Shown here piece by piece: positions 41,053-52,332 of a stretch of DNA of 64,000 bases. Both the position numbers and the translations under genes were made by a program. The notes beneath the pieces are model-generated. The model had not been told where the DNA came from. It made no database searches and saw nothing but the letters and a program-made list of their open reading frames with translations. How positions within the stretch are numbered: the first letter of the stretch is position 1; each line of letters starts with the position of its first letter. Origin of the DNA: Spirochaetia bacterium (lineage in GTDB: Bacteria; Spirochaetota; Spirochaetia; SZUA-6; Bin103); contig OZ241907.1 of NCBI GenBank assembly GCA_965203515.1, positions 512,001-576,000 of the forward strand, given 5' to 3'.

Positions 41053-43969
41053 TCCGGCAACCGGCCGCGGTCGGCCGCTACGCGCTCGCGCTCCTGTGGA
41101 TCACCTTGAAGCGGATCGTCAAGAACTGGCGCCTGGTCACGCCGCTGCTGCTGGGGCTGGTCCTGGCGTCGGCGTTCGTGGCGGCCGTGCCGATCTACTC
41201 GGCGGCCAGCCTGCAGCGCAGCTTCATCCAGCACTGGCGCGAGCAGGACAGCTTCCGCGCCCCGTTTGCGGTGATCCCGTCGCACCGCAATCCGCGCCGC
41301 AAGCTGCCGGTGACCCCTGCGCAGCTCGCGGGACTGGAGCGCTATCTGCAGGATGCGCTGCAGGCCGCCGCGGGTCAGCCGGCGCAGAGCTTCTCCGCCT
41401 ATCGGACGTTCGGGGTCGATTTCCTCATGCTCTCCCCGGAGGTCGACTCGGGCGGGCGCGTCGCCCGTGCCGAGCTCGGCGTCATGAGCAACCTGCAGGA
41501 GCATGCGGAGGTGATCGACGGCCGCTGGTTCCGGGACCGGCAGGACGGCGTGGTGGAGGTGGTCGCGGGCGGGCGGACCCTGGACGAGCTGGAGCTGCTG
41601 GTGGGATCGCGCTACCGGTGGGCGTACACGCTGTTGCCGGACGAGGAGATCGACCCGGCGGCGGCCGGCGCTGCCGGCGTCGACCTGCGCTCCGTGCAGG
41701 GGCGGCGCTTCGCGGTGGTCGCGATCGAGGTGGTGGGAGTGGTGCGCCCCCGGCCGGGGCTCACCTCACGCGAGTGGATCTACCCGCTGCTGCCGGACCG
41801 TCTGTTCATGCGCGCCGAGCCGTTCGCTCGCATGCAGCAGGCCGGCATGCGGGTCGATCGAGCCGACTGGCAATGGGTGTTCGATGACCGACGGGTGCAG
41901 GTAGCCGACGTGGGTCAGATGATCGCGCAGTTGGAGGCGATCGAAGCGCGCTTGGCCGAGTTGGTCCCCGGCACCGAGTTCTGGTTGTCGCCGCTGGAGT
42001 TCTTTCGCGATTTCAAGCGGACCCTGGATCGGGTGTCGCTGTTCCTGCTCTCGCTGGCGGCCCCGACGCTCGCGATGATCGTCGCCTACGTCATGCTGAT
42101 GGCGGCGCTCAGCGTCGAGCAGCGCATCGCCGAGGTCGCCACGCTGCACAGCCGCGGCGCCGGACGGCTGCAGGTGCTGGCCAGCTTCGCGCTGGAGTGG
42201 GCGGTGCTGGCCGGCGCGGCGGCGCTGGTCGGTCCTTACGTCGGGCTGATCGCGGCCCGTTCGGTCGGCTCGACCGAGGGATTTCTGGGCTTCGCGGCGA
42301 TCGCCGGCGCCGACGGGGCATCGACCCTGCCGCTGGCGGTCACGCGGCAATCCCGCTGGTTCGCGGCGCTGGCGAGCTTTCTGGCGGTGGCCGCCGCGGT
42401 GGGACCGGCCGCTGCCGGCGGGCGGCTGTCGGTGGTGACCCTCAGACAGCTCCGCGCGCGCGGCATGCGCCGCTCGTTCTGGCACCGCTACTTCATCGAC
42501 GTCATCGTGCTGGGAGTCGGCTTCTACGGGTACTCGAGCCTGCGCTGGCAGTCGGTCCGACTGGCGCCGGACGCCACGATCGACGCCGACCCGCTGTTGT
42601 TCGTCGTCCCGGTGCTCTTCTTCCTGGGCTTCGGGCTGGCGCTGTTGCGTCTCTTTCCGCTGGCGATGGGGGCATTGAGCCGGCTCACCACCGTCATGCG
42701 CGGCGTGGTATGGCAGCTCAGCTTCCGCCGGCTGGCCCGCAACACCGGGCCGTTCGTCTCCGTGGTGGTGTTGTTGATCGTCACGGTGGCGATGGGAATC
42801 TACAACGGTTCGGCGGCGCGGACGCTGCAGCGCAACATCGCCGACCGGATCCGCTACCTGGCGGGGGCGGAGGTGGTGGTGATGGAGTCGTGGATCCCGC
42901 CGAATCCGGACGAACCGGAGCCGCCGCGGCGGCGCGGCGACCCGCGGCCGGTCGCGGCCAGCGAGCCGCCGTGGCTGGCGCGGGCGGAGATCGCCGGCGT
43001 GGAGGCGATGGCGCGCGTGCTCTACCGTCGCGTGGAGGGGAGCAGGGGATCGCAGCAGCTCGGCGCCTTCAATCTGCTGGCCCTGGTGCCGGACGAGTTC
43101 GCGCGCGCCGCATGGCGCCGGGACGATCTGCTGCCGTACCGGATCACCGACTACCTGGCGGCCCTGGCGCGCCACCGTGAGGGCGTGCTGATCAGCCGGT
43201 CGCTGGCGGCGCGGCATGACCTCGGACCGGGCGACGCCTTCACCATCGAGTACCAGAACCAGCCGATCGAGGCGTACGTGGTGGCGGTGATCCCCTACTG
43301 GCCGGCGCTCGATCCGTTCGATCGCGCGTTCGCGGTGGCCAACCTGATGCACGTGCAGGACTTCACCGTGCTGGAGCCCTACGAGAGCTGGTACTCCCTG
43401 AACGAGGGGATGCCGGTCGCCGCGGCGGGTCTGACCGCGGCGGAGCACCTGGTAGCGGAGCTCGCCGAGCTCGGCGTGACCGCCGAGCGGGTGCTCGATA
43501 CCGGCCGGCAACTCGCCCTGCTGCAGCGCGAACCGTACCGCCGCGGCTTCTTCGGCGTGCTGTCGCTCGGCTTCGTGGCGGCGGCGGCGGTGACCGTGCT
43601 GGCGCTGACGGTCTCTACCATCTCCTCCACGCGGGAGCAGTCGGTGCAGCTCGCCGCCCTGCGCGCCAACGGGCTGTCGGCGATGCAGACCACCGGCGTA
43701 CTGGCGGTGGAGCGCATCCTGACCGTGGGCGTGGGGGTCGGGCTGGGCGTGGCGGCCGCACGGCTGGCGGCGCTCCTGTTCCTGCCGCTGCTGCGCGACC
43801 GCGCGGACGAGGTGTCGATGGTGCCGCCGTATCTGGTGGTGACCGACGTGGCCGACCTCACCGCGTTGCTCCTGACGGTAGCCGCCGCGTTGGCGGCGGC
43901 GGTGGTGGCGGTGGCGGTCTTCATCAGCCGGCGTCAGGTCGCCGGCGCCGTGCGGTTGGGGGATGAGCC

Positions 43970-43973
<4 letters not shown>
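41049..43973 (+). CDS. Large FtsX/MacB-like ABC permease
   Basis: Two FtsX-like units (EVATLHSRGA, QLAALRANG) with large soluble domains. Confidence 0.85.
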
Positions 43974-44899
<926 letters not shown>

Positions 44900-44928
44900 C
44901 CGACCCGCGATGGGATAGGGTAGACGCC

Positions 44929-45846
44929 ATGAGCGTACTGGACGAGGCCGATCGAACGTTCTTTCGCGAGCAGGGCTACGTGGTGGTGCCGGAGGCGGTG
45001 CCGCCCGAGAACCTGCAGGCGGCGATCGACGTGATCTGGGAGTTTCTTGGCGCCGACCCTGACGACCCGGAGAGCTGGTACCGGATTCCGCCGCGCGAGA
45101 CCACCGGCGGCGTGGGGCCGCTGGCGCAGACCGGCATGGTGGAGATCTACCAGCATCAGGCGCTGTGGAACAACCGCCAGCATCCGCGGGTCTATCAGGC
45201 GTTCGCGGACATCTGGGATACGCCCGAGCTCTGGGTGAGCCTGGACCGCGCCAACATGAAGCCGCCGGTGCGGGATGACGATCCGGCGTGGCAGCATCCC
45301 GGTTTCATCCACTGGGATATCGATACCACGCAGGAGCCGGTGCCGTTCAGGGTGCAGGGGGTGCTCTATCTGACCGATACCGCAGACGACCAGGGCGGCT
45401 TCCAGTGCGTGCCGGGCTTCCCGGCGCGCTTTCCCGAGTGGGCGCGCGCGCAGCCGGCCGACCGCGATCCGCGTGTCCCGGACCTGACGGGACTGGAGGT
45501 TCGCTCGATCCCCGGCCGCGCCGGCGATCTGTTGATCTGGAACTCGTTGCTGCCGCACGGCAACGGCCGCAACACGTCGGACCGGCCGCGCCTGGCGCAG
45601 TACATCTCCATGAGCCCCGCCAAGCGCGCCGACGAACGGCAGCGGCAGGAGCGGATCGCCGCCTGGCGCACCCGGCGGCCGGCGCCGAGCTGGCCCGGCG
45701 ATCCGCGCGGCTGGGAGCTCCGGCAGCCGGGACCGGCCGCGCTGACCGATCTGGGCCGCCGGCTGCTCGGCCTGGACCCGTGGCCCGATGGTGCGCCCGC
45801 GCCGGCTATTCGTCGTCGTCCGGCCGCTCCGCGCGCTGGCGCTTGA
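44929..45846 (+). CDS. Phytanoyl-CoA dioxygenase (PhyH) family protein
   Basis: FFREQGYVVV, HWD, GGFQCVPG, LPHGN, R.AQY. Confidence 0.85.
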   Translation: MSVLDEADRTFFREQGYVVVPEAVPPENLQAAIDVIWEFLGADPDDPESWYRIPPRETTGGVGPLAQTGMVEIYQHQALWNNRQHPRVYQAFADIWDTPELWVSLDRANMKPPVRDDDPAWQHPGFIHWDIDTTQEPVPFRVQGVLYLTDTADDQGGFQCVPGFPARFPEWARAQPADRDPRVPDLTGLEVRSIPGRAGDLLIWNSLLPHGNGRNTSDRPRLAQYISMSPAKRADERQRQERIAAWRTRRPAPSWPGDPRGWELRQPGPAALTDLGRRLLGLDPWPDGAPAPAIRRRPAAPRAGA

Positions 45847-46231
45847 TGGCGCCGCGTTGCACCTTCTCCCGGAGGCGCCGCTCGCGGGCGGCGCGGGTGG
45901 CGCGGGTCGGGCGCCGCGGCCGCGGCTCCTGAGCCGCCTTCGCTACCAGGGCGGCCAGCCGCGAGCGCGCGTCGCGCCGGTTCGCCTCCTGGGTGCGGAA
46001 GCGGCGCGCCGTGATGAGCAGCGCGCCGCCGGCGGTCGCCTTCGCTCCGGCCATCCGCAGCAGGCGTTCCCGCACCTGCGGGGGCAGCGCCCGCGAACGG
46101 GCCGCGTCGAAGCGGAGTTGCACGGCCGTGGCCACCTTGTTCACGTTCTGCCCGCCCGGTCCGCTCGCCTGGATGAAGCTCTCGTCGAGCTCGTCGTCGG
46201 GGATGGTGATGTCCGGCGTGATCTCCAGCAT
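45806..46231 (-). CDS. arfB: Alternative ribosome rescue peptidyl-tRNA hydrolase
   Basis: SGPGGQNVNKVATAV, RTQEANR; basic C-terminal tail. Confidence 0.93.
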   Translation of the reverse strand: MLEITPDITIPDDELDESFIQASGPGGQNVNKVATAVQLRFDAARSRALPPQVRERLLRMAGAKATAGGALLITARRFRTQEANRRDARSRLAALVAKAAQEPRPRRPTRATRAARERRLREKVQRGAIKRQRAERPDDDE

Positions 46232-46294
46232 GCGGCTCCGATCGTACCGAACCGGCCGCCCCGGTGCTTCGAGAACGTTTGATAGGATGTCCGC

Positions 46295-48070
46295 ATGCCC
46301 GGACCGGCTACCCGGCCCCGCGATCCCGCGCGCTTTCCGGCGATCCCCTACGGGCTCGCCTACTTCAAGGGCATCCGCCGGGAAGGCTGCCTGTACGTCG
46401 ACAAGACCCGGTTCCTGCGCCGGTTGGAGCAGGAGCGCTTCGTGTTCTTCGTCCGCCCGCGGCGCTTCGGCAAGACCTGCTGGCTGTCGATGCTGGAGAG
46501 CTACTACGACCGCAATCAGGCGGACGATTTCGACGACCTGTTCGGCGGCCTGGACATCGGCCGGCGGCCGACCCGTGACCGGAGCCGCTACGTGGTGCTG
46601 CGGTTCAACTTCTCCACCTTCGGCAGCGACCCGGCGAACCTGGAACGGGAGTTCGACGAGTACTGCCGGCGGCACGTGCGGGACGCGATGCAGGATCATC
46701 CCGACCTGTTTCCCGATGCGGTCGTCGAGCGCGTCCGGGCGCCGTCCACGCTCAACGGCCAACTCGACGAACTGTTCGTACACGCCCGGCGGGAGGAGAT
46801 CCCGCTCTACGTCCTGATCGACGAGTACGACAACTTCGCCAACACGATCCTCGCCGGCGAGGGGCCTGAGGCGTACCACGCGTTCACCCGCGGCGGCGGC
46901 TTCTACCGCAGCTTCTTCGCCGCGCTCAAGGCCGGCACCGAGAACGGCAGCGTCCGGCGGCTGTTCGTCACCGGCGTCTCGCCGATCACCATGGACGACG
47001 TGACCAGCGGCTTCAACATCGGCGTCAATCTCAGCCTCCGTCCCGAGTTCAACGAGATGCTCGGCTTCACCGGGGATGAGGTGCGGAGCCTCCTGGAGCG
47101 GTACCGGGACCTGGGTGTATTCGACCAGGACCTGGATGCCGCGCTCGATACCATGCGCGAGTGGTACGACGGCTACCGGTTCGCGAAGGCCGCCAAAGAG
47201 GTCGTCTACAACACCGACATGGTGCTCTATTACCTGCAGCACTCACTCCCCAACAAGCCGGGACCGGACAACCTGATCGACTTCAACGTGCGCATCGACT
47301 ACGGCAAGCTGCGCCACCTGCTGCTGACCGGGCGGCGGTTGAACGGCAACTTCGACCTGCTGCGCGACGTGATCGCCGAAGGGCAGGCGGACAGCGAGGT
47401 CATGGAGACGTTCCCGCTCACCGCGCTGGCGCGACGTGAGAACTTCCTTTCGCTGATGCACTTCTTCGGCCTGCTGAGCATCCGCGGCGTGACCGCCGGC
47501 ACGCCGCGGCTGGGCATCCCGAATCAGACGGTGCGGCGACTGATGTACGGTTACCTGCGCGAAGCCTACGAGGACGTGGGCGTGTTCTCGCTGGACGTGG
47601 TGGAGTTCGACCGGCTGACGCGGCGGATGGCGTTGGACGGCGACTGGCGGCCGGCCGTCGAGCGGTTGAGCGCCGCCCTGGCGGAACAGACCGGCGTGCG
47701 CGACTACCTGCAGGGCGAGAAGGTCGTACAGGGATTCCTGGCCGCCTTCCTGGGCGTATCGGGATGTTTCGTGCTTCACACGGAAGCGGAGTTGGCGAAG
47801 GGCTACGCAGACATCGTGCTGGTGCCGTTGACGGCGCGCTATCCGGGTATGCGCCACGGCTTCGTGATCGAGCTGAAGTACCTGGGCCGAGGCCCGGAGA
47901 CGGAGGGGCGGGTCCCGGCCGTGACCGATGCGGCCGTCGGGCAACTGCGCGGCTATCTGACCGACGGCCGGCTCGCGCGGCAATACCGGGACGTGGAGTT
48001 CACGGGTCTGGCGCTGGTGTTCCGGGGCTGGGAGCTCGTACGCAGCGAAGCGGTGACGTCGGAGACATGA
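46295..48070 (+). CDS. AAA-ATPase-like protein with C-terminal PD-(D/E)xK (PDDEXK_9) nuclease
   Basis: YVDKT, RPRRFGKT, LIDEYDN, FVTGVSP, GYADI..IELKY. Confidence 0.9.
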   Translation: MPGPATRPRDPARFPAIPYGLAYFKGIRREGCLYVDKTRFLRRLEQERFVFFVRPRRFGKTCWLSMLESYYDRNQADDFDDLFGGLDIGRRPTRDRSRYVVLRFNFSTFGSDPANLEREFDEYCRRHVRDAMQDHPDLFPDAVVERVRAPSTLNGQLDELFVHARREEIPLYVLIDEYDNFANTILAGEGPEAYHAFTRGGGFYRSFFAALKAGTENGSVRRLFVTGVSPITMDDVTSGFNIGVNLSLRPEFNEMLGFTGDEVRSLLERYRDLGVFDQDLDAALDTMREWYDGYRFAKAAKEVVYNTDMVLYYLQHSLPNKPGPDNLIDFNVRIDYGKLRHLLLTGRRLNGNFDLLRDVIAEGQADSEVMETFPLTALARRENFLSLMHFFGLLSIRGVTAGTPRLGIPNQTVRRLMYGYLREAYEDVGVFSLDVVEFDRLTRRMALDGDWRPAVERLSAALAEQTGVRDYLQGEKVVQGFLAAFLGVSGCFVLHTEAELAKGYADIVLVPLTARYPGMRHGFVIELKYLGRGPETEGRVPAVTDAAVGQLRGYLTDGRLARQYRDVEFTGLALVFRGWELVRSEAVTSET

Positions 48071-48249
48071 AACCACGGCTCACCCCGCGGACGCCTTCCT
48101 GAGCCAGGCGTGGGAGGAGCCGACGCGCTGGTGCGATGCGAAGGAGGTGTTCCGGCGGCTGCGCGCCTGGCTGCAGGAGCATGGGCTTCCCGCGGATCGT
48201 GGATGCCGAGATCATCGACGCCATGGCCGCCGTGCCCGACGACGTGGCT

Positions 48250-49542
48250 GCCGCGCTCCCATACCGCGTCGAGGTACGCGCCCTCGGCCATCAGATTGAC
48301 ATCGCCGAAGTCCTCCGGCCAGTCTCCGAAGGCGCCATTCTCGTCCGGATCGGCGGGATGGATCGAAGTCGTTCCATCCTCCGGGTCGCGCGAAAACCAG
48401 TGCAGCTTCACCAGATCGGGGTCAAGCTTCCCTTTCGCCAGCAACGTTTGCGTTTGCAGCAATAGCAGAGAGCCATGGGTTTCCGCTACCACCTTGACGC
48501 CGCGCTTCGCCGCATCCCCCATGATTCCCGCGAGCGCGTACTGCGCTCGTGGGTGCAAGTGCAGTTCCGGCTGTTCGACGTATACGAGCTGCCCTCTCTC
48601 TGCGACCAGCAGCGCGACAAGTACGGGCAACACCTGCGAAACCCCGAAGCCCACGTCGGCGACATTCACCAAGTCCTGTCCTTGTGACGTCCCTTTAGCC
48701 AGCCGTCCTACTTGAAGCTCCAGTTGCGCATCATTGACAGGCCGTACCGAAACTTCTCCGGTCATACCAAGCTGTGCGAGCGCGGTTTCCAGTTCCGTCA
48801 GGCGATCATCGTCGTTCTTTATCCAATCTGCAATGATGGTGGCAACATATTTCTCGAACGTGCCGGGGAACGAAGGTCCCGATGCCGTCCGTTCGTAAAT
48901 GCGCTCAGGATTGCCGCGTAGTCCCGGTACGTGGATCATTCGCTCCAAGTAATTGAACGGAAACTGCCCAAAAGTTGGTATAGAGAAGGATGACTCGTTA
49001 CCAGCAATAGCCTCGAAAGTAAAGGCGAGAAAACATCGATATCTGTAAATCATGAGTTGGGTTCCGTCAGGTGGTTCGGGTAATGATACACCACGAATAC
49101 GATAAAGACGCGACAGAGCTGTTTGCAAGTCAGCTCCCTTGCGACCTGGGGTCAAGCGAAGGGAACAGGTGTCTTCGTTGTCTCTGTGCGCCTCGATGCA
49201 CATCTCCTGAATTTCGATCTTGCGGTTTTCAGAAGGAGAATACGTTATTCTATGAGTCAGGCCTTTTGGAGCCTCCACCGAGAAGGTGAAGGCATGGTTC
49301 CTGAGATCGAACCGCTGCCATGGAACAAGCTGGTCGACGGACGTGAGCTTCACGTTCGGTCCGTTCAACAGCAATGCTCCCGGATCGTAGCTGGCCTGAA
49401 GGGTCTGCTTCATCAGCAACAGGGGTTGCATGATGCTCGACTTGCCGGAGCTGTTGGCGCCCGCCAGGATCGTCAGCGGGCGAATCTCGATGCGGCTCTT
49501 CTTGGCAAGGCACTTGAAGCCCTGCACGGCGATTGAACAGAT
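48250..49542 (-). pseudogene. ABC-type (AAA_21/DUF3696-like) defence ATPase, ISL3-disrupted; 3' end uncertain
   Basis: GANSSGKSS, VGFGVSQVLP, EQPELHLHP, ETHG, WPEDFGD; low GC; first 13 codons lie at 50875-50912. Confidence 0.8.
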
Positions 49543-50874
49543 GGGGCTTCCGGGTTTCGTGTGGGTAGGGCGTCCTGACGGTGGCGGTGGCGCCGCCAGC
49601 AAGGCTACGCTGGCGCCATGCGTGACAAGGAACTGTACGGCAGGATTCTGGGCGTCGAGGCACCGTGGCGAGTGGCCGACGTCGAACTGAACCTTCAGCA
49701 GGGCGAGATCGTGGTCCACGTCGAGCACGGCGGGCCGCTCACCTGCCCGCACTGCGGCCAAGCCGCGCGCCGCTACGACAGCCGTCAACGGCGGTGGCGC
49801 CATCTGGACACCTGCCAGTACCGCACGGTTCTGGCTGCCGACGTACCGCGGTCTCAGTGCCGGCAGCACGGGGTCAAGCAGATCGAGGTGCCGTGGAGCG
49901 AAGGCCGCTCGCGGCTGACCGCGCTGTGCGAGGCGGTCGTGATCGACTGGCTGCAGCACGCCACGATCGCGGCGGTGGCGCAGCAGATGCGGCTCAGCTG
50001 GGACGAGGTCGACGGAGTGATGCAGCGCGCGGTGCACCGCGGCTTACAGCGGCGCGAGGTGCAGCTGCCGCCGCGGATCGGGGTGGACGAGACGTCGTTT
50101 CAGAAGCGCCATGAGTACGTGACGGTGATCAACGATCTGGACGGGCACGTCGTGCACGTGGCCGATGGCCGCCGCAAGGAGGTGTTGGAGGAGTTCTACC
50201 AGCAGTTTGACCCTGAGCAGTTGGCTGGCGTCGAGACGGTCGCCATGGACATGTGGGAGCCGTACATCATCGCGACCGCCGCCTACGTGCCGGACGCGGA
50301 GCTCAAGATCGCGTTCGACAAGTTTCACGTCGCCCGGCACCTCGGCAACGCCGTTGACCAGGTACGGCGAGCCGAGAGTCGCCGGCTGGCCGGCAGCGGT
50401 GATGATCGGCTGAAGGGCAGCCGCTATGCGTGGCTGACCAACCCCGAGCACATGGATGCCGAGCGTTGGCGGCAGTTCGCTGACTTGCGGGACAGCGCGC
50501 TGCAGACCGCGCGCGCCTGGGGCTACAAGGAACATGCGATGACGCTGTGGAAGTACCGCTCTCGCGGGTGGGCGCGCAAGGCGTGGCAGGCGTGGTACCG
50601 GTCGGCGATCCGGTGTCGTCTGGAGCCGGTCAAGCGGGTAGCGCGGATGGTCAAGCGTCATCTGGAAGGGATCGTGACGGCGGTGGTGCAGGGGGTGAGC
50701 AACGCGCGGGCGGAGTCGATCAACGCGGGGGTGCAGAGGTTGAAGTACGCAGCGCGCGGCTATCGCAACCGGCAGAGGTTCCGCAACGCGATCTACTTTC
50801 ACCTCGGCGGCCTCGATCTGTACCCTGCCGGTGTCGTCCGTGACCACCTCGTCCACACGAAAGCCTGAAGACCC
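49543..50874 (+). mobile_element. ISL3-family insertion sequence
   Basis: IRs GGGGCTTCCGGGTTTCGTGTGG / GGGTCTTCAGGCTTTCGTGTGG; 8-bp TSD GAACAGAT at 49535-49542 and 50875-50882. Confidence 0.93.
49618..50868 (+). CDS. ISL3 transposase
   Basis: CPHCG, RWRHLD, GVDET, MDMW, DKFHV, SNARAESIN, ARGYRN. Confidence 0.95.
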   Translation: MRDKELYGRILGVEAPWRVADVELNLQQGEIVVHVEHGGPLTCPHCGQAARRYDSRQRRWRHLDTCQYRTVLAADVPRSQCRQHGVKQIEVPWSEGRSRLTALCEAVVIDWLQHATIAAVAQQMRLSWDEVDGVMQRAVHRGLQRREVQLPPRIGVDETSFQKRHEYVTVINDLDGHVVHVADGRRKEVLEEFYQQFDPEQLAGVETVAMDMWEPYIIATAAYVPDAELKIAFDKFHVARHLGNAVDQVRRAESRRLAGSGDDRLKGSRYAWLTNPEHMDAERWRQFADLRDSALQTARAWGYKEHAMTLWKYRSRGWARKAWQAWYRSAIRCRLEPVKRVARMVKRHLEGIVTAVVQGVSNARAESINAGVQRLKYAARGYRNRQRFRNAIYFHLGGLDLYPAGVVRDHLVHTKA

Positions 50875-50912
50875 GAACAGATACCGTCTTCTGATTGCGG
50901 TCCCTTCTCCAT
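50875..50912 (-). pseudogene. 5' end of the ISL3-split ATPase (MEKGPQSEDGICS)
   Basis: In frame with ICSIAVQGFK across the TSD. Confidence 0.75.
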
Positions 50913-50944
50913 TAGTCAGCGCCTCTACTCTTTGAGGGGGAGGA

Positions 50945-51587
50945 TCAGGCCGGCTCGGCCGATTCACCAGTATAGAACGCGGTCGTGCGCCGTGCCGCGG
51001 CGCGCGCGGCGTCGGGGTCCGTGCCGACCGCGACCGCCGCTTGCCCCCACCGGTCGCTGCTGCCCGTGATGAACGCCTTGCCGTCCCGTGAAGCGGCGAA
51101 CGCGGCTTCGTCCGGCTTCGGCGCGGCCGGTTGCGCGAGATGGAGCGCGAGTCCCAGCAAACCCATCTCCCAGCCAACGCCGACAGCGCCCGGGCCGTAC
51201 CGGTTCCAGTGCTCCGAAAGGTACGCGGTGTGCGTGAGCGCAAGCCGCGCGCGGCCGGCGCCGGCGGCCGAGAAACGGACCGTCACCCAACTGACGTCCC
51301 CGCCGAACTCCCACGTGAGCGCGAGACGTGACCGGGGCGCGCACGCCGAGATCACGCCGCCCGCGTTGCCTTCCAACTGATAGCGGCCGCCAAGTTCGAG
51401 ATCGCCGCTGATCGGCAGAAACCAGCGCGGAATTCGTTCGCCGTTCGTGACGGCGTCCCACAAGTCGTCGACCGTCGTAGCGTAGCCGCGAGCAAGAGTG
51501 ACCGCGCGGGCGGGCCGCCCGTCACGCTCCAGCGACGACACGGAGCGCTCCACTGCGCGGAGGTGGCCTTTCGACGTCGAAGTCCAT
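50945..51587 (-). CDS. SRPBCC/AHSA1-domain protein, apparent +1 frameshift near start
   Basis: GGAGG RBS, ATG 51587; DLWDAVT..ERIPRWFLPISGDL, GPGAVGVGW; extra A in GAAA at ~51570. Confidence 0.75.
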
Positions 51588-51599
51588 AGTCCAGTGCCT

Positions 51600-51815
51600 C
51601 CTATGCTTGAGGATTCGTGTCCTTACCCTGCCGGACAGGCCGAGGTCTTGCAAGGTCTGCCGCATCTCGGTTTCCAGGTTCGGGGAGACTGCGCGTCGAC
51701 GGTTACCGACAGCTCGATGCCGACGCTCAGGTCCTTGCCGGACCGGAGCTTGGCAGCAGCCGGTTCCAGCCTTCGGGCGGCACCGTGTCGGCCAGCCGCA
51801 GGGTCGTGTCGGCGG
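51600..51815 (-). pseudogene. Decayed C-terminal fragment resembling DUF499-type ATPases
   Basis: Frameshifted TTLRLA.TVPPE.WNRL / KLRSGKDLSVGIELSVTVDA / LETEMRQTLQDLGL. Confidence 0.4.
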
Positions 51816-51920
51816 AGCGCCGGGCCGGTCCGAGCTGCGGCGCGGGCCAGGGTGTCCAGGTCAAACTCGAACCGCGAAAAACAGCGCCGCGCCAGGGTGG
51901 CCCGCCCGCGAGCTCGGATG

Positions 51921-51950
51921 TTGACGCTCCGCGGGCGCATGTGGTAGAAT
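51921..51950 (+). promoter_or_regulatory. Sigma70 promoter with extended -10
   Basis: TTGACG-N18-TAGAAT preceded by TG; degenerate copy at ~56964-56993. Confidence 0.6.
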
Positions 51951-52320
51951 GCCGGCAACCGCTACGTTGGCCGCAATCATACGCCGCTCGTTCCGGCGGC
52001 CCTACGGGCCTTGCCTGCTTCAAGCGTCCGCCGGAGCGGCGAGTTCGAGGAGGACTGCACCATGCACCTGACGGATACGCTGGCAGGCAACCGGGACGTG
52101 TTCCCGCTGCCGGCGCTGAAACGCATCCTACCCCCCCCCCCCCCCTGATCGACGAGTACGACAACCTTACCTGACGCCTCCCGGCGTTTCGGACGCGGAC
52201 GCCAATCACGCCTCGCCGACGGCGACCGCTTCTAGCTCTAGCGCAACTTCCTCTCCACGCTCCACGGCACCGGGAACGGCTGCTTGGCACGGCTGTTCGT
52301 CACCGGCGGGCCGCCGACCG
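51949..52320 (+). pseudogene. Internally deleted paralogue of the 46295 AAA-ATPase gene containing C15
   Basis: CCCTACGGG..CTTCAAG, CTGATCGACGAGTACGACAAC and CGGCTGTTCGTCACCGGC match 46346-46976. Confidence 0.75.
52131..52145 (+). repeat. Poly-C tract (15)
   Basis: Seen directly. Confidence 0.9.
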
Positions 52321-52332
52321 GCAGGGGTCCGC

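Noticed and set aside
48100..48260. Possible + strand gene remnant (AWEEPTRWCDAKEVFRRLRAWLQEHG)
   Set aside because: Looks protein-like but I cannot assign a family.
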